From: a virus
DNA length: 64,000 nucleotides
IMG/VR virus record: IMGVR_UViG_3300025150_000004
Location: 32,001 to 96,000 of that record
Direction: 5' to 3' (one strand)
The notes below the pieces were generated by a model. The model ran no database searches and was not told the origin of the DNA. It saw nothing but the letters and a program-made list of their open reading frames with translations. Position numbers and translations under genes: made by a program. This document shows positions 36,889 through 48,339 of the stretch, in pieces (position 1 is the stretch's first letter; each line of letters begins with the position of its first letter).

Positions 36889-38792
36889 GGCGGAACGACC
36901 CCAAGTACACCGTGAAGGTGGCCACCGTCCCCAAACGGGCTGACGTGACCGTCGGCAAGCCTGGGAAGGTGGTGCGGACCGCCATGCGGGCCAAGGTCGC
37001 TTTCCCGATGGCGGGAGGCACCACGCTGGGCTCGGGTGGGAACTTCTACTCTCCCGAGCTTTCGCCGGACTTCCTCGAACTCCCCCAGAGCATCGACGAG
37101 CAGCGGAACTATTACCGCTTCTTCTACGACCACGATCCCTTCGTCGGTCAGGCCATCGACCTCCACAGTGAGCTTCCCCTCTCGAAGCTCCGCCTCCGCA
37201 AGCCCCGGGCGAAAAACAAGGCGTTGGCGGAAGCCTCCATGCGGTTCTGCGAGAGGTGGGTCAAGAGCATCGGCCTGCTCCAACGGCTCCTGGCAATCGT
37301 CCACGACTTTTACCTCATCGGAGAGGTGTTCGTTTTCGCCGAGGACACCAACCCCGAGATGCCCAGGGAGGTCACCCACCAGCCGCACCGGGAGGTGACC
37401 CCGGAAGGCAAGATCATCGACGAGTGGACCGAGAGGGGGGACGCCCGGGAGCGGATGGTCGAGTGGATGAAGAAGAACTACCAGGGCTGGACGGGCCTGC
37501 GTGTTCTTCCTCCCGAGCAGATCCACATCGAGTCGTTCCCGTTCACGGACAAACGGCTCATCGAACTGATCCCCGATTCCAAGACCAAGAGCCTGGTCGA
37601 GCGGGCACGGCAGGGGGACGAGCGGGCGGCCGAGATCGTCGCCACGTACCCGGCCGACATCATCCGGCACGTCCTCGACGGGACCAACATCCCTTTGAAC
37701 ACCAACCCGATGGCGGGGTCGTTCGTCCACTATCTGGCTCGGAAGAGGGCAGATTACGAGCCCCGGGGCAAGAGCCTTCTTCAGCGGGTCCTCCGGGTGC
37801 TCGTGTACCGGGACAAGCTCCGCCAGGCCCAGACAAGCATTGCCTCACGGCACATGACCCCCATCCGCATCGTGTGGGCGGAGGACATGAACGCCGAGCA
37901 GACCGAGGAACTGCGGGAGCAGGTGGACCTGGCCCTTCAGGACCCGGACTTCTCCATCATCGCCAACTTCCAGGTCAACTGGGAGGAGATCGGCGGGGGT
38001 CAGGGGAACCGGCTCCTCGAACTCACGAGCGAGTACGACCTCACCGACCGGCAGATGTACGCAGGGCTCGGGGTTACCGAGTCCCTCCTCTCCGGCGAGT
38101 CGAGCTACTCCGGCGACCGTATCCACCTGGAGGTCATCAACGTCCGCTACCTCCTGCTGCGGGAACTCCTTCAGGACTTCGTGGACCACCACCTCCTCGA
38201 ACCGATGTGCCGTCGGATGGGATTCGTCGAGATCGACGAGGACGGCTACGAGGTGGTCATCCATCCGAGGCTGTCGTTCACCAGGCTGGCCCTACGGGAC
38301 AATCAGGAGACGTTCGACGCCCTGTTCAACCTCTACCAGAAGGGGTCGCTGGACATCGACACCATCCTCGACCTGCTCAACATCGACCCGGACACGGTGC
38401 GGGAGAAGCTGGAGAGGGACTTCGGGACGTTCAACGACGCCACCTTCAACGAGCTTCTCCGAGCCCTCTACAGCCGGGCTGGGGATGCCATCGTCGAGAA
38501 CTCCGACTTCGTCGAGCAGATGGCCGAGCGGATCCACGTCACCTACAAGAAGCCGAAGCCCGAGGGCGTGGCCCGCTTCGCTTCGGTCCAAGGAGACGAT
38601 GGCGAGGCTCAGGACCCGATGGTACTGCTCAAGGGGGCCGTCAAACAGGCCATCAACGAGGTGTGGGCCACCGACCGCCCGCTCACGGGTTCCGATTGGC
38701 CGAGGGCAGCCACCCGGGAGCCCTCGGTTGGCGACCTGGCCCAGCAGGTGGCCGACTTGCAGGCCCAGATCGCCAAGCTCCAGGGTGGCTAG
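36885..38792 (+). CDS. Portal protein
   Basis: YDHDPFVGQAID, DFYLIGEVF, LPPEQI, RGKSLL ... LRQAQ, AGLGV patterns; position after the terminase. Confidence 0.85.
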   Translation: MRRNDPKYTVKVATVPKRADVTVGKPGKVVRTAMRAKVAFPMAGGTTLGSGGNFYSPELSPDFLELPQSIDEQRNYYRFFYDHDPFVGQAIDLHSELPLSKLRLRKPRAKNKALAEASMRFCERWVKSIGLLQRLLAIVHDFYLIGEVFVFAEDTNPEMPREVTHQPHREVTPEGKIIDEWTERGDARERMVEWMKKNYQGWTGLRVLPPEQIHIESFPFTDKRLIELIPDSKTKSLVERARQGDERAAEIVATYPADIIRHVLDGTNIPLNTNPMAGSFVHYLARKRADYEPRGKSLLQRVLRVLVYRDKLRQAQTSIASRHMTPIRIVWAEDMNAEQTEELREQVDLALQDPDFSIIANFQVNWEEIGGGQGNRLLELTSEYDLTDRQMYAGLGVTESLLSGESSYSGDRIHLEVINVRYLLLRELLQDFVDHHLLEPMCRRMGFVEIDEDGYEVVIHPRLSFTRLALRDNQETFDALFNLYQKGSLDIDTILDLLNIDPDTVREKLERDFGTFNDATFNELLRALYSRAGDAIVENSDFVEQMAERIHVTYKKPKPEGVARFASVQGDDGEAQDPMVLLKGAVKQAINEVWATDRPLTGSDWPRAATREPSVGDLAQQVADLQAQIAKLQGG

Positions 38793-38795
38793 CTC

Positions 38796-38809
38796 GGTTC
38801 CCTGTCTAT
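38796..38809 (+). promoter_or_regulatory. Putative late promoter, GGT-N7-CTAT
   Basis: GGTTCCCTGTCTAT in the 52-nt gap between the portal and the giant ORF. Confidence 0.5.
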
Positions 38810-38844
38810 TGTCCCCGGTGTGACAGGAACCGGAGAGGCGACCC

Positions 38845-41800
38845 GTGGCGATTCCTGACCCCATCCTCGAAGCACAGGCCCGGCGGCTCAAGGCACGGCA
38901 CCAGGTCAGGCAGGAGTGGGCCAATCTCGACCACATCCGCCTGGCCCGCTCGTACCAGGAGTACGTCGAGGAGAAGAAGCGGGACAACGAGCGCCCGCTT
39001 CCCAAGGCCGAGTGGGAGAAGTTCCAGGGGAAAGGGAAGTCCGAGTCCAAGGGACTGAAGTCCCAACCGAAGTCGGACCGGGCCAAGGCTTTTCTCTCGA
39101 AGGCCAACTCGGTCATGAGCAAGGCGTTCGAGGCGGCCTCCCACAAGGTCAAAACGTTCATCGCCGATCCGGTCGAGCGGAAGAAGATGACCCGGGAGAT
39201 GGGCCGGAGCGTGAAGAAGAATGCTCCCCGGGCGGCCAAGGCCATGTGGAACGGGTTCAAGGGCGAGGCCAAGGCCATCGCCGTGGATGCCCCTTCCATC
39301 CTGTTCAAGATGGCCAAGGAGCGCCGCAAGCCCACCAAGAAGGAGCTTCACACGCTCTACGGGGTCGGCGTCTACGCTGCCGGGACAGCCTTGGCTTTTT
39401 CGGGAGCCACCCCTCTGTTGGCGGCAGCCAAGGCGTTTGGGCACAGCATCACCCTGCACGCCACGTTCAAGGCTATCCACACGGTCGCCGACGAGATCTT
39501 CCTCGGGACCGAGGCCGTCGAGTCCGTGGCACTCGCTGGGGGCCTCGGTGACAAGCTCCCTGTGATGACGAGCGACATCCCGGGTCTGAACCACATTTGG
39601 GATTTCATGGCGGAGACAGCCTCCCAGGTCACCAAGCTCCCCATGTTGGTCGCCGCTGAGGGTAAGGAGCCAGAGGGCGAGGAGGAGAAGTTCCTCTACG
39701 ACCTCATGCAGCGGATCTACGAGGAGGCGGGCAAGGTCTTCGAGAACCTCACCGACGAGGACATCGAGGCCATCATGGCGCACGGGGTTGATGCCCCGTC
39801 CGGCTCGAAGTCGGCGGCCTATTTCAACTCTAAGGAAGATCGGTTTTTGTCCTATTTGAAAAATAGGACATGCGAACCAACTGCTCTCAGCCAGGATGTA
39901 CCGACCCTGTCCATGCCCGAGGTTTTTGTAGGGCACACCGGCCAAAACCGCAGCCTCGAAAACGAGGTTTCAGGGTTGCTCCAGCCGAATCCGTTTGTGC
40001 GGTCGAGGGTTGCACAAACCCCTATCTCGCCAAGGAGTTCTGTAGGCAGCATTACCATGCCTGGTACAGATACGGGGACCCCTCAAAGCGATTTCGCACC
40101 TCCAACGGGCAAGGGAGGATCAACACGTCCGGGTACAGGGTCATTACGGTTGACGGCCAGCAAGTCCTCGAACACCGGCACGTCATGGAACAACAGCTTG
40201 GCCGGGCTCTCCTCCCAGGAGAGACCGTCCACCATCTTAATGGACAGCGGTCCGACAACCGGCCCGAGAACCTCGAACTCTGGTCGAGGCACCAGCCAGC
40301 CGGGCAGCGAGTCGAAGACAAGGTCCGCTGGGCACGAGAGATTCTCGGCCGATATGGCGACCTCTATCCTGAGAATCGCTAAGAAATTCGAGTTGAACGT
40401 TGGGGATCCAGTTCTTTACGGGAAGTACAAGAACAAGAAGGGTGTGATCACCGGGTTCAAGACGGATGAGAAGTCTGGTGACCCCATCGTAGTCATCGAG
40501 CCCGTCCCAAAGGGCCGAAAGCAGACCAAAGAACTGAAGTTGTTCAAAGTCCGTTTTGACGAAGAGCGGGCCGACCCTGCCAAGAGGGCCGCCGAGATGT
40601 CCAACCGGGCCTCCGTGGCTCTGATGCGAATGCTCTCCGACATCGCTCGTCGCCTGGGGGCGGCCCAGCACGTCTACGTCGTGGGTGGGGCCGTGCGGAA
40701 CTTCGCCATCGGCGAGCCCATCAAAGACATCGACGTGGTGATCGACTCCGTGTCCCTCGGCAAGGACTCGGAGTGGTTCGCCAACCAGGTGGCCCGAGCC
40801 ATTCCCGCCAAGACCCAGGTGGTCACCGACCAGTACGGGGTCAGCAAGGTCTTCGTACTTTCACCCTGGGAGCTTGCAGGGCACCAGATGCAGGACCCGG
40901 CCCAGGCGGCCGTGGAGATCGCCAACGCCCGCAAGGAGAGCTACGGCGGGGCCGCCGGGAAGGGGTACAAGCCGGATACGGTGGAGCCTGCCACCATCGA
41001 GGAGGACGTTCGTCGCCGGGAGTTCACGTTCAACTGCATGGCTGGGGATACCCTCATCCCCACCGAGAAAGGCATCCTTCGCATCGACCAGATCGCCTCT
41101 CGGGACGGGGGGGATTATCAGGACATCCGCCTGACGGTAGCAGGGCAAGATGGCCCTTCGACTGCGGTGGGGTGGCAGTACAGCGGGTTCGCCCCCACCC
41201 TGCGGGTGACGACCGAGTGGGGTCATTCCTTCTCCTGCACGCACCATCATCCGGTTCTGGTTCTTCGGGGGCACAGCCATGAGTGGGTGCAGGCGGATCA
41301 GCTTGAGGAAGGTGACCTGCTCTGTGTGCCCGTGCGGCAGGTGACGAGGCGAACTCCTCTTGCCCTCGACCTGCCTGACCCGGTGCAGCCAAAGCACGGG
41401 CGGTTCAAGGAAGTCTGCAAGCCCGAGGTGATGACGCCTGAGTTGGCGTTCCTGATTGGGTGTGTGTTGGCCGAGGGGTCTAATACCCACAAGCGGGTGT
41501 CATTCAGCAACTCCGACCCGGCCCTCATCTCCCGATACGTCGAGTGTTTCCACGCTACGTTCGGAGTCCAGCCCTCACGCAACAAAGTGGTCGAGAAGGG
41601 GTCCGTCCGTGTTTTGCGGGGGGTGGAGTTCGTAGCCAATGCCGACGGCTACGACATCTACGCCGACAGCAAGGCAGTGGTTGGGTGGCTGGAAGACCTC
41701 GGCCTGTACTGCGGGGGGTCCAAGAACGGCAAGTCCGCTTCCCACCACAAGGTCGTCCCGTGGTCCATCCTGCAAGCCGATGAGCGCAGCCAAGGGGCGT

Positions 41801-44800
41801 TCCTCGCAGCATATCTGGAGGGGGACGGCACCATCCGGCCCGACTCGGGGCGCATTACCTTCTGCTCGGCTTCTCCCCATGTCCGACAGCAGTTGCAGGT
41901 GCTTCTGGGTGCCCACGGCATCTTGAGCAAGGTGAAGGACAGGTTCGTCTACATCAACGCCGTGGACTCTGCCATCCTGTGGGAGAAGATCCAGCCGTGG
42001 ATGGTGACCAAGGGGTTCGACTACACTCAGCGGGACAACAAGGCCCGCACCCGCTACGGCATCCCCGCAGATTACATCCGGGGTTTCCTCGCTGGGCGCA
42101 AGCAGGACACCGGCAGCCGGGCCGTTTACGCCACGGACGGAGATGGATTCCGAACCCTCCCCGATGTCCATGAGCCGGTTCGGAAGGTTCAGCGGCTTCT
42201 CCACGATGCCCATGCCCGAGGAGACTTCGACGGGTTCATGGCGAGCCTCAAGGTCATCAGCCCGGACGAGTTCACCAAGCTCCGGCGGTTGTTCGACCTC
42301 GGCTACCAGTACGTCGAGGTCACGTCGGTTGAAAATGCGGGGCAGCAGGACGTGTTCGACATCTCGATGGGCGAGGGGGTCGAGCCTGCTTTTGTGGCGA
42401 ACGGGGTGGTGGTCCACAACACCCTCATGTGGCGGCTGCTTGACCTCGCCAAGGGGCCGGACAAGGCCGAGATCATCGACCTCACCGGCTGCGGGGTCCA
42501 AGACCTGAAGGACCGACGGATGCAGTGCCCGTCGGACCCGGACAAGACTTTCTCGGACGACCCGAGCCGGATGCTCCGGGCGGTCAAGTTCATCATGAAG
42601 TACGGCATGAAGCTGACCCCGGACACCGAGGCAGCTATCCGCCGGAACCTGCCCAAGCTCAAGCGGGCTCCGTTCGAGGCCATCGCCGTCATCCTCGAAG
42701 ACACCCTGCTCAAGGATCCGGGCACGGCGAAGAAGTCCCTGCCCGTGATGAAGAAGCTCGGCTTGCTGGACACTGTGGCCGAGATGATCCGTGAGAACAA
42801 GGCGTTCCAGGCCCGGATGGAGCGGTGGGTCACCAGCAAGCCCATGCTGTTCCTGTTCGACCTGATGGACCTTGGCCTTCCCCTGGGGGCCAACGTCGGG
42901 TTCCTCAGCCGGGACCAGCAAAAGAGGCTCCGTCAGATCGCCCTTGGGATGCCGGAGGGGGAGCCGGAGCGGCTCCTCGAAGTGCTCCGGCAGCCCGGGA
43001 AGGTCATGGACACCCGGGCACTCATTCAGGAGTTCGGGCTCCAGGGGCGAGAGATCGCCCAGATGCAGAAGGACGTGGGGGTGCGGCTCCTGCTCGACAA
43101 CCCCACCCTGGCCAAGAACCCCAGGGCGTTCACCGACGCAGTGCGTCACGAGTTTGCCCGGCGGAAGACGGCTGGTTCCCCGCTGGTCCAGTTGAACATC
43201 GACTTGGGGGAGGGGCAGAAGGTCGAGAAGGTCATCCCGAGTGCCTCACTGCCTTACCTCATCGACAACGTGCAGGTGAGGCGGGTGGCCGGGGCGTGGA
43301 TCCGGCGTCGGGCTACCCGCATCCGAGGTCGTACCCGCTACCTGGCCATGCTCGATGACGCCTGGGAGCCGGTCCGGGTCAAGCTGGCCAATCCCCTCCT
43401 GCCTCAGCAGTTCGTCCAGACGCTCAAGGCCCTGATCGAGAAGGTGAAGTACAACGAGGCTCGGGGTCTGGGGGACACCGCCGAACTCTGGTTGGAGTGG
43501 CGGGAACTCTTCCAGAAGGGTCGTCAGTGGGGCGATTACGTCATCGACCACACAGCCATCCCGTCCGGCAAGGCCAAGGCCGGGGAGATGGGGGTTCGGG
43601 TCTTCCGAACCACCTACGGGCGGGGCAAGGGGCCTCGCCCCAGCATCGCCGCCTGGCTCAAGAAGAACGAGCGGTACTTCCGGGTGCTGGAGGAGGCGAC
43701 CCGCTGGCCCGAGCGGTCGGAGGGTGACGGCATCTTCAAGCACGGGCCGTTCACGGTACACAACACCGTGGGGGCCTCTGACAAGGAGATCCAGACCGCC
43801 AAGGGAATCATCGACCGAGCACTTCGGGCACTTCCAAAGACCGATGTCCCCGAGATGCGCCAGATGGCCTACGGGGACCTGTACCTGGTCGGCGAGATCA
43901 AGCGGAAGCGGTGGGCCGCCTGGTACATGCCCCAGAAGGACGCCATTTACCTTCGGCCGAAGATCAGCGGCATTTCGGCGGACGATTCCGCCCTGCACCT
44001 GGTTCACGAACTCACCCACCGGCTGTGGGCCAAGAGGCTCCCCGCTTTGGTGAAGACAGCGTGGAGCGCCCACCACTTCCAGATGTCCAACAGCCGCAGT
44101 GCCCTTGGAAGGCTCCCCGAAGCCGGGGAAGTCCTGCCCAAGGAGTTGGTGGTCAACCGGAAGCAGGTCAAGGTCGATAGCTACGACGAACTGGGCCAGG
44201 CCGTGCTCGTGGACGCCAAGGGGGGCGCACCCATCGGCAAGGTGAACCGGGTGAAGCTCCGAGAATGGATGGGCAACATCGAGTTCGTCGGCAAGTTCCC
44301 CTCCATCTACGCCTCCTCAGACGCCGAGGAGCACTTCTGCGAGGCCATGGCCCACAAGGGGATGGGGTCCCTCTCGGCAGACAACCTGGCGGCGTTCAAC
44401 CAGATCGTGCTGGGCAAGGGGGGGCCGACCCAGAGCGTGAAGGTGGGGCTCTCCGCCCCTCCGGGGTGGAAGACCGAGAAGAAGCCGAACGGCTGGGTCA
44501 TCTACACGAACCCTACGGGAACGGTGCGGGTGCAGGACACCCGACGGCCTCATCCCGAGCGCTACCAGTTGCTCGAATGGGCGCAGCCCACCATCGTGCA
44601 GGACGGCAAGAAGGTGCCCCGTGGGCGTCCCCAGTGGTTGGAGCACCACGGGTACTCCAGGCTGCCCGAGGCACTGGCGGCCGGAGTGAAGCTCACGCAG
44701 CGGGGTCGGACGGCCTCGCATCACCACATCCGCAACGCCTGCCCAGCCTGCGGGAACGTCTCCACCTGTCGGTGCCGGGCACCCAAGACGGTCGAGACGC

Positions 44801-47494
44801 ACGACCTCTGCTATGACTGTCGGGAGTCAGCGGTCAGGGTCGCCGCTCGCTACAAGAACAAGAAGGAAGTACCCAAGGCCGACGGCAAGGGGACAACCAC
44901 CGTCTACGAGTACAGCGACAAGCAGGTCCAGCACCGAAACCGGGAGAAAGCCAAGCGAGTCGAGAAGCTCCGAGGCTCCATCCACAAGCTCCGAGCACAG
45001 GTCAAGAAGGATCTGGGGGCCGAGGACGAGAAGACCCGAACCGTCGCACTGGTCGTTGGTCTGATGGATCACACCTACGAGCGGGTCGGTAACGACGAGT
45101 CGGCCAAGGACGGCCACTACGGGGTCACCGGCTGGCAGGTCAAGCACATCACGTTCGGCAAGGGCAAGGCCACCATTTCCTACGTCGGCAAGTCCGGCGT
45201 GAAACACGAGAAGGTCGTGGACGACGCCTCGCTCGTCTCCGCCCTCAAGAAGGCTACCAAAGGGAAGGGGTCGAACGACCGGATCTGTGACGGGGAGGAC
45301 TGCAAGGTCTCCGCTTCGGACGTGAACGCCTACCTCAAGCCGTTCGACATCACGGCCAAGGACATCCGTGGGTTCCATGCCAACACCGAGGTTCAGACCC
45401 GGCTCAAGGCCATCCGCTCCAAGGGTGGCAAGCTCCCCGAGGACAAGAAGGAGCGGGAGAAGAAGCTCAAGGCCGAGTTCAAGCAGGCTCTCGAAGAAGC
45501 TGCCAAGGCCGTCGGCCACGAGCCCTCGACACTCAAGTCCCAGTACCTCGTGCCGGGTCTGGAGGACGAGTTCCTCAAGGGTGGTCAGGTGAGCGACAAG
45601 CTCGACAAGCGGGCCATGTCCCTGGAAGAGGTTCGGGCTCTCAAGCAGGAGATCCTCGCCGAGTTGGGGTGGCGGACTGCCACGAAGACCAAGGGGGAGA
45701 AGGAAGAGGAGGAGGTCGAGCGGATGTCCCGTCCTGCTCCCAAGAAGAAGCCGCCCCGGCAGGATCTTCGGCGGAACCGGATGAAGGACGACGACAAGGA
45801 CACCGATGGCCAGGGGGCCGACAAGGACAAGGATCTGTCCCTCAACTACAAGCGGGTAGCCCGCCTCTACCACGCTGCCGTTCTTCAAGACCTCGGGGAC
45901 CTCGATCTGATGCGTCTCGCTGGAGACAAGCAGCACAAACCTGGCGACGTGTGGAAGACCGAAAAGGGCTGGCGAGGGAAGAAGAAGACCCCGAACCAGG
46001 GAGGGCATTTCGAGGGGAAAACTTTCCCCGACAGGGAGCAGGCTGAGGCTTGGGTCGCCGACCCAGACCCGGAAGGCGAAGACGACCAGGCTCCCGACGA
46101 GGAAGGCAGCCGGGCTCCTGACGAGGAGGGCGACCAGGCTCCTGACGGAGATTCTTCGGATCGGCCCGACCCAAAGGCGGAGGCCCGCAAAGAGCGGGAG
46201 CGGCATCGGAATGAGGTTCGTCGCCGGGGCCAGAACTTCGACAAGTCCCTGGACGCTCTGGTGGACACCATCTCCCCGGAGATGGCTGAGGTTCTGATCG
46301 ACCACCTCCCCAGCGGGGACGCCGACAAAGCCGCCATGGCGGAAGCCTTCGACATCCACCTTCACGTTCTCACCGAGGTGTACCTCGACGACGATAAGGG
46401 CTTCTCGAAGAAGGGGCTCGAAGATGCCGCTGAGGTGGTGTCCCTGTTTGGTAGCCCGCCCGACCCCGAGAAGGGGGAGGAGGACGACGCCAAGTTGGAG
46501 GCCAAGCGGGACGCCGCCCGCAAGGAGAAGCTCAAGGAGTTCGGCGAGAAGACCGCCAAGGAGAAGGGGGAGATCCTCGCCCGCCTGCACTTCGCCACGA
46601 AGGTGGTGGCCGATCCTACGGTCGTGGGTGGGCGGTCCTTGGCAGGGAGGACAGACCCCGAGGCCCTACGTGAGCGGGGGTCCGAGGCCGCCCGTCAGTA
46701 CAGCCGGTCGTCACCAGAGATCCGGGCCATGGCCGCCAAGAACGCCATGACCGCCTTGGAGGGGATGGCAGAGGACGACCCGAACCGGGTGGAGTTGGAC
46801 GCCATCGTGGACGGTCTGGCCATCGCCGCAGGCTCCAAGGGGGAGACCTTGGAGGTGGACGGCAAAAAGCTCCGGCCCCGTGCCTCCAAGGGCCACCAGG
46901 TCTTGTACGACCACCTCATCAAGGCTGGGAAGCAGGACATCCTGACCGGCACCATGCACGACCTCTACGGTCCCGAGGGGCGTGCAGCCGTGTCCGAAGC
47001 CCTGGACACGATGGATGACAAGGAGTTGGCCGCCTACGGCAAGACGGGGCACTTCTCGGAGCTTGCGTCCAAGCTCACCGACTCCAAGGTCGGTGAGGAG
47101 CAGAAGGCGTTCATCCGTGGGTTCCTCAAGCGCCAAGGGATCGAGGACAACGGCCCAGTCGTTCATCGAGGCGGCCGAATCCGAGTCGGGAATCGCAGGC
47201 GAGAAGCTCGAAGCTCAGTGGCAGGACCACATCTCCAAGCACCCCGAGGCCAAGGCGTGGGATGACCGCATTCTCTCGGCTGCCCAGAAGGGCGGGGCCG
47301 ATCAGGAGGCCCTGGAGAAGGAGTACCTGGTCTGGCGGTCCCAGATGTACCTCGAATGGCTCCGTCTGATGGGCATCGACCTCCCCAAGGGAAACCCGGA
47401 GCGTGCCCGGCACGAGCACATCACCGACACCAAGGACCCCACACTGCTCGGGGAGAAGCTCGTTCCCCAGGGGGAGGACAAAAAGACAGGCTGA
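38845..47494 (+). CDS. Giant multidomain (polyvalent-type) protein: KOW-like domain, intein-containing CCA-adding/class II nucleotidyltransferase, HExxH zincin, zinc finger, type IB topoisomerase; apparent frameshift near 47149 (stop at 47265 as read)
   Basis: NTase: VVGGAVRN/DIDVV/RRREFTFN/DDPSRMLRA. Zincin: HELTH ... YASSDAEEHFCE. TopIB: ERVGN/GKSG/AKDIR/GH/QYL. Coding bias continues in the 46982..47494 frame. Confidence 0.85.
39870..40382 (+). CDS. HNH homing endonuclease overprinted in an alternative frame inside the giant ORF
   Basis: Two C-x4-C ... C-x2-H zinc modules, GYR, LEHRHVMEQQLGRALLPGETVHHLNGQRSDNRPENLELW. Confidence 0.9.
   Translation: MRTNCSQPGCTDPVHARGFCRAHRPKPQPRKRGFRVAPAESVCAVEGCTNPYLAKEFCRQHYHAWYRYGDPSKRFRTSNGQGRINTSGYRVITVDGQQVLEHRHVMEQQLGRALLPGETVHHLNGQRSDNRPENLELWSRHQPAGQRVEDKVRWAREILGRYGDLYPENR
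41035..42420 (+). mobile_element. Intein (462 aa, LAGLIDADG) in the nucleotidyltransferase domain, +1 residue Thr
   Basis: EFTFN|CMAGDTLI ... CTHHH ... IGCVLAEG ... AYLEGDG ... VFDI ... VVHN|TLMWR. Confidence 0.93.
46084..46149 (+). repeat. 24-nt tandem repeat, about 3 copies (DQAPDEEG-like)
   Basis: gaccaggctcccgacgaggaaggc / agccgggctcctgacgaggagggc / gaccaggctcctgacgga. Confidence 0.8.
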
Positions 47495-47533
47495 CAACGA
47501 AACTTTGGCACCACAGACGGAAAGTTTGATGTT

Positions 47534-47570
47534 GGGGCGAGGCCCAAACTTCGCCTCGGCGATTTTTCTT
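47534..47570 (+). terminator. Probable intrinsic terminator after the giant ORF
   Basis: GGGGCGAGG-CCCAAA-CTTCGCCTC hairpin followed by TTTTTCTT. Confidence 0.5.
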
Positions 47571-47675
47571 CAATCTTCCTTCTATACGGCAGGGCTTATG
47601 AGCGGAGGGCCGTGTGCCCGTGCTTTCCGCCGTTAGGGAAGGACACCACGTTCACCACCTCGGAGGACTACGATC

Positions 47676-48314
47676 ATGGCATTGACCAAGAAGGGCGCAC
47701 TGCTCATCACCCGTGACCTGGACCGTGTGGCAACGGTCATCACCCGTGAGGCCAAGGAACTCGGGATTCCCGACAAGGTCGCCACCGGCTTCGCCGAGTG
47801 GTGCGACCGTCTGGCCGACCGCATCGAGGCGACGGCCGGAATCGACCCGAAGGACACGGCCGCCAAGGAGGCGCTCCTCAAGCAGGCGCTCTCCGGCGAA
47901 CCGGCGGCGAAGACCGACTACCCGTTCGACAAGGGCAAGACCTACGACGGCGAGGAGATCGGCAAGGAGCAGTCGGGTCCCCAAGAGGGTGACGCCGACG
48001 AGAGCTACATGCGGGGCGAGTTCACCCAGCAGGAGAACCGGGAGCTTCGGGAGAAGCAGGAGGGTGGCCAGATCTCCGGCGTGAACACCGACCCCCGTGG
48101 CCCCCGTCCCGGCGTCCAGGCGGCCCTCGACAACCTGTCTCAGGTCGTCAAGAGCGCCACCTACACCGACGACGTGGCCGCCAAGGTCGCCGAGGCCCTG
48201 AACCTCGCCGCCGACATCGCCAAGAGCGGTGCCAAGGCCGAGGACGAAGAGGAAGACGAGGGGGAGGCCAAGGAGGCTTCCTCTTTCAACCACGGCTACA
48301 ACCTGAACGCCTAA
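47676..48314 (+). CDS. Hypothetical acidic head-module protein
   Basis: GGAGG RBS; very strong codon bias suggesting high expression. Confidence 0.8.
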   Translation: MALTKKGALLITRDLDRVATVITREAKELGIPDKVATGFAEWCDRLADRIEATAGIDPKDTAAKEALLKQALSGEPAAKTDYPFDKGKTYDGEEIGKEQSGPQEGDADESYMRGEFTQQENRELREKQEGGQISGVNTDPRGPRPGVQAALDNLSQVVKSATYTDDVAAKVAEALNLAADIAKSGAKAEDEEEDEGEAKEASSFNHGYNLNA

Positions 48315-48339
48315 TCGAGAGATCCAGGGAGCAACCAAC

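Noticed and set aside
39829-40398. Group I or II intron around the HNH gene
   Set aside because: Only about 40 nt upstream and 16 nt downstream of the HNH ORF are non-coding, and no intron core is recognisable. The host frame is open anyway.
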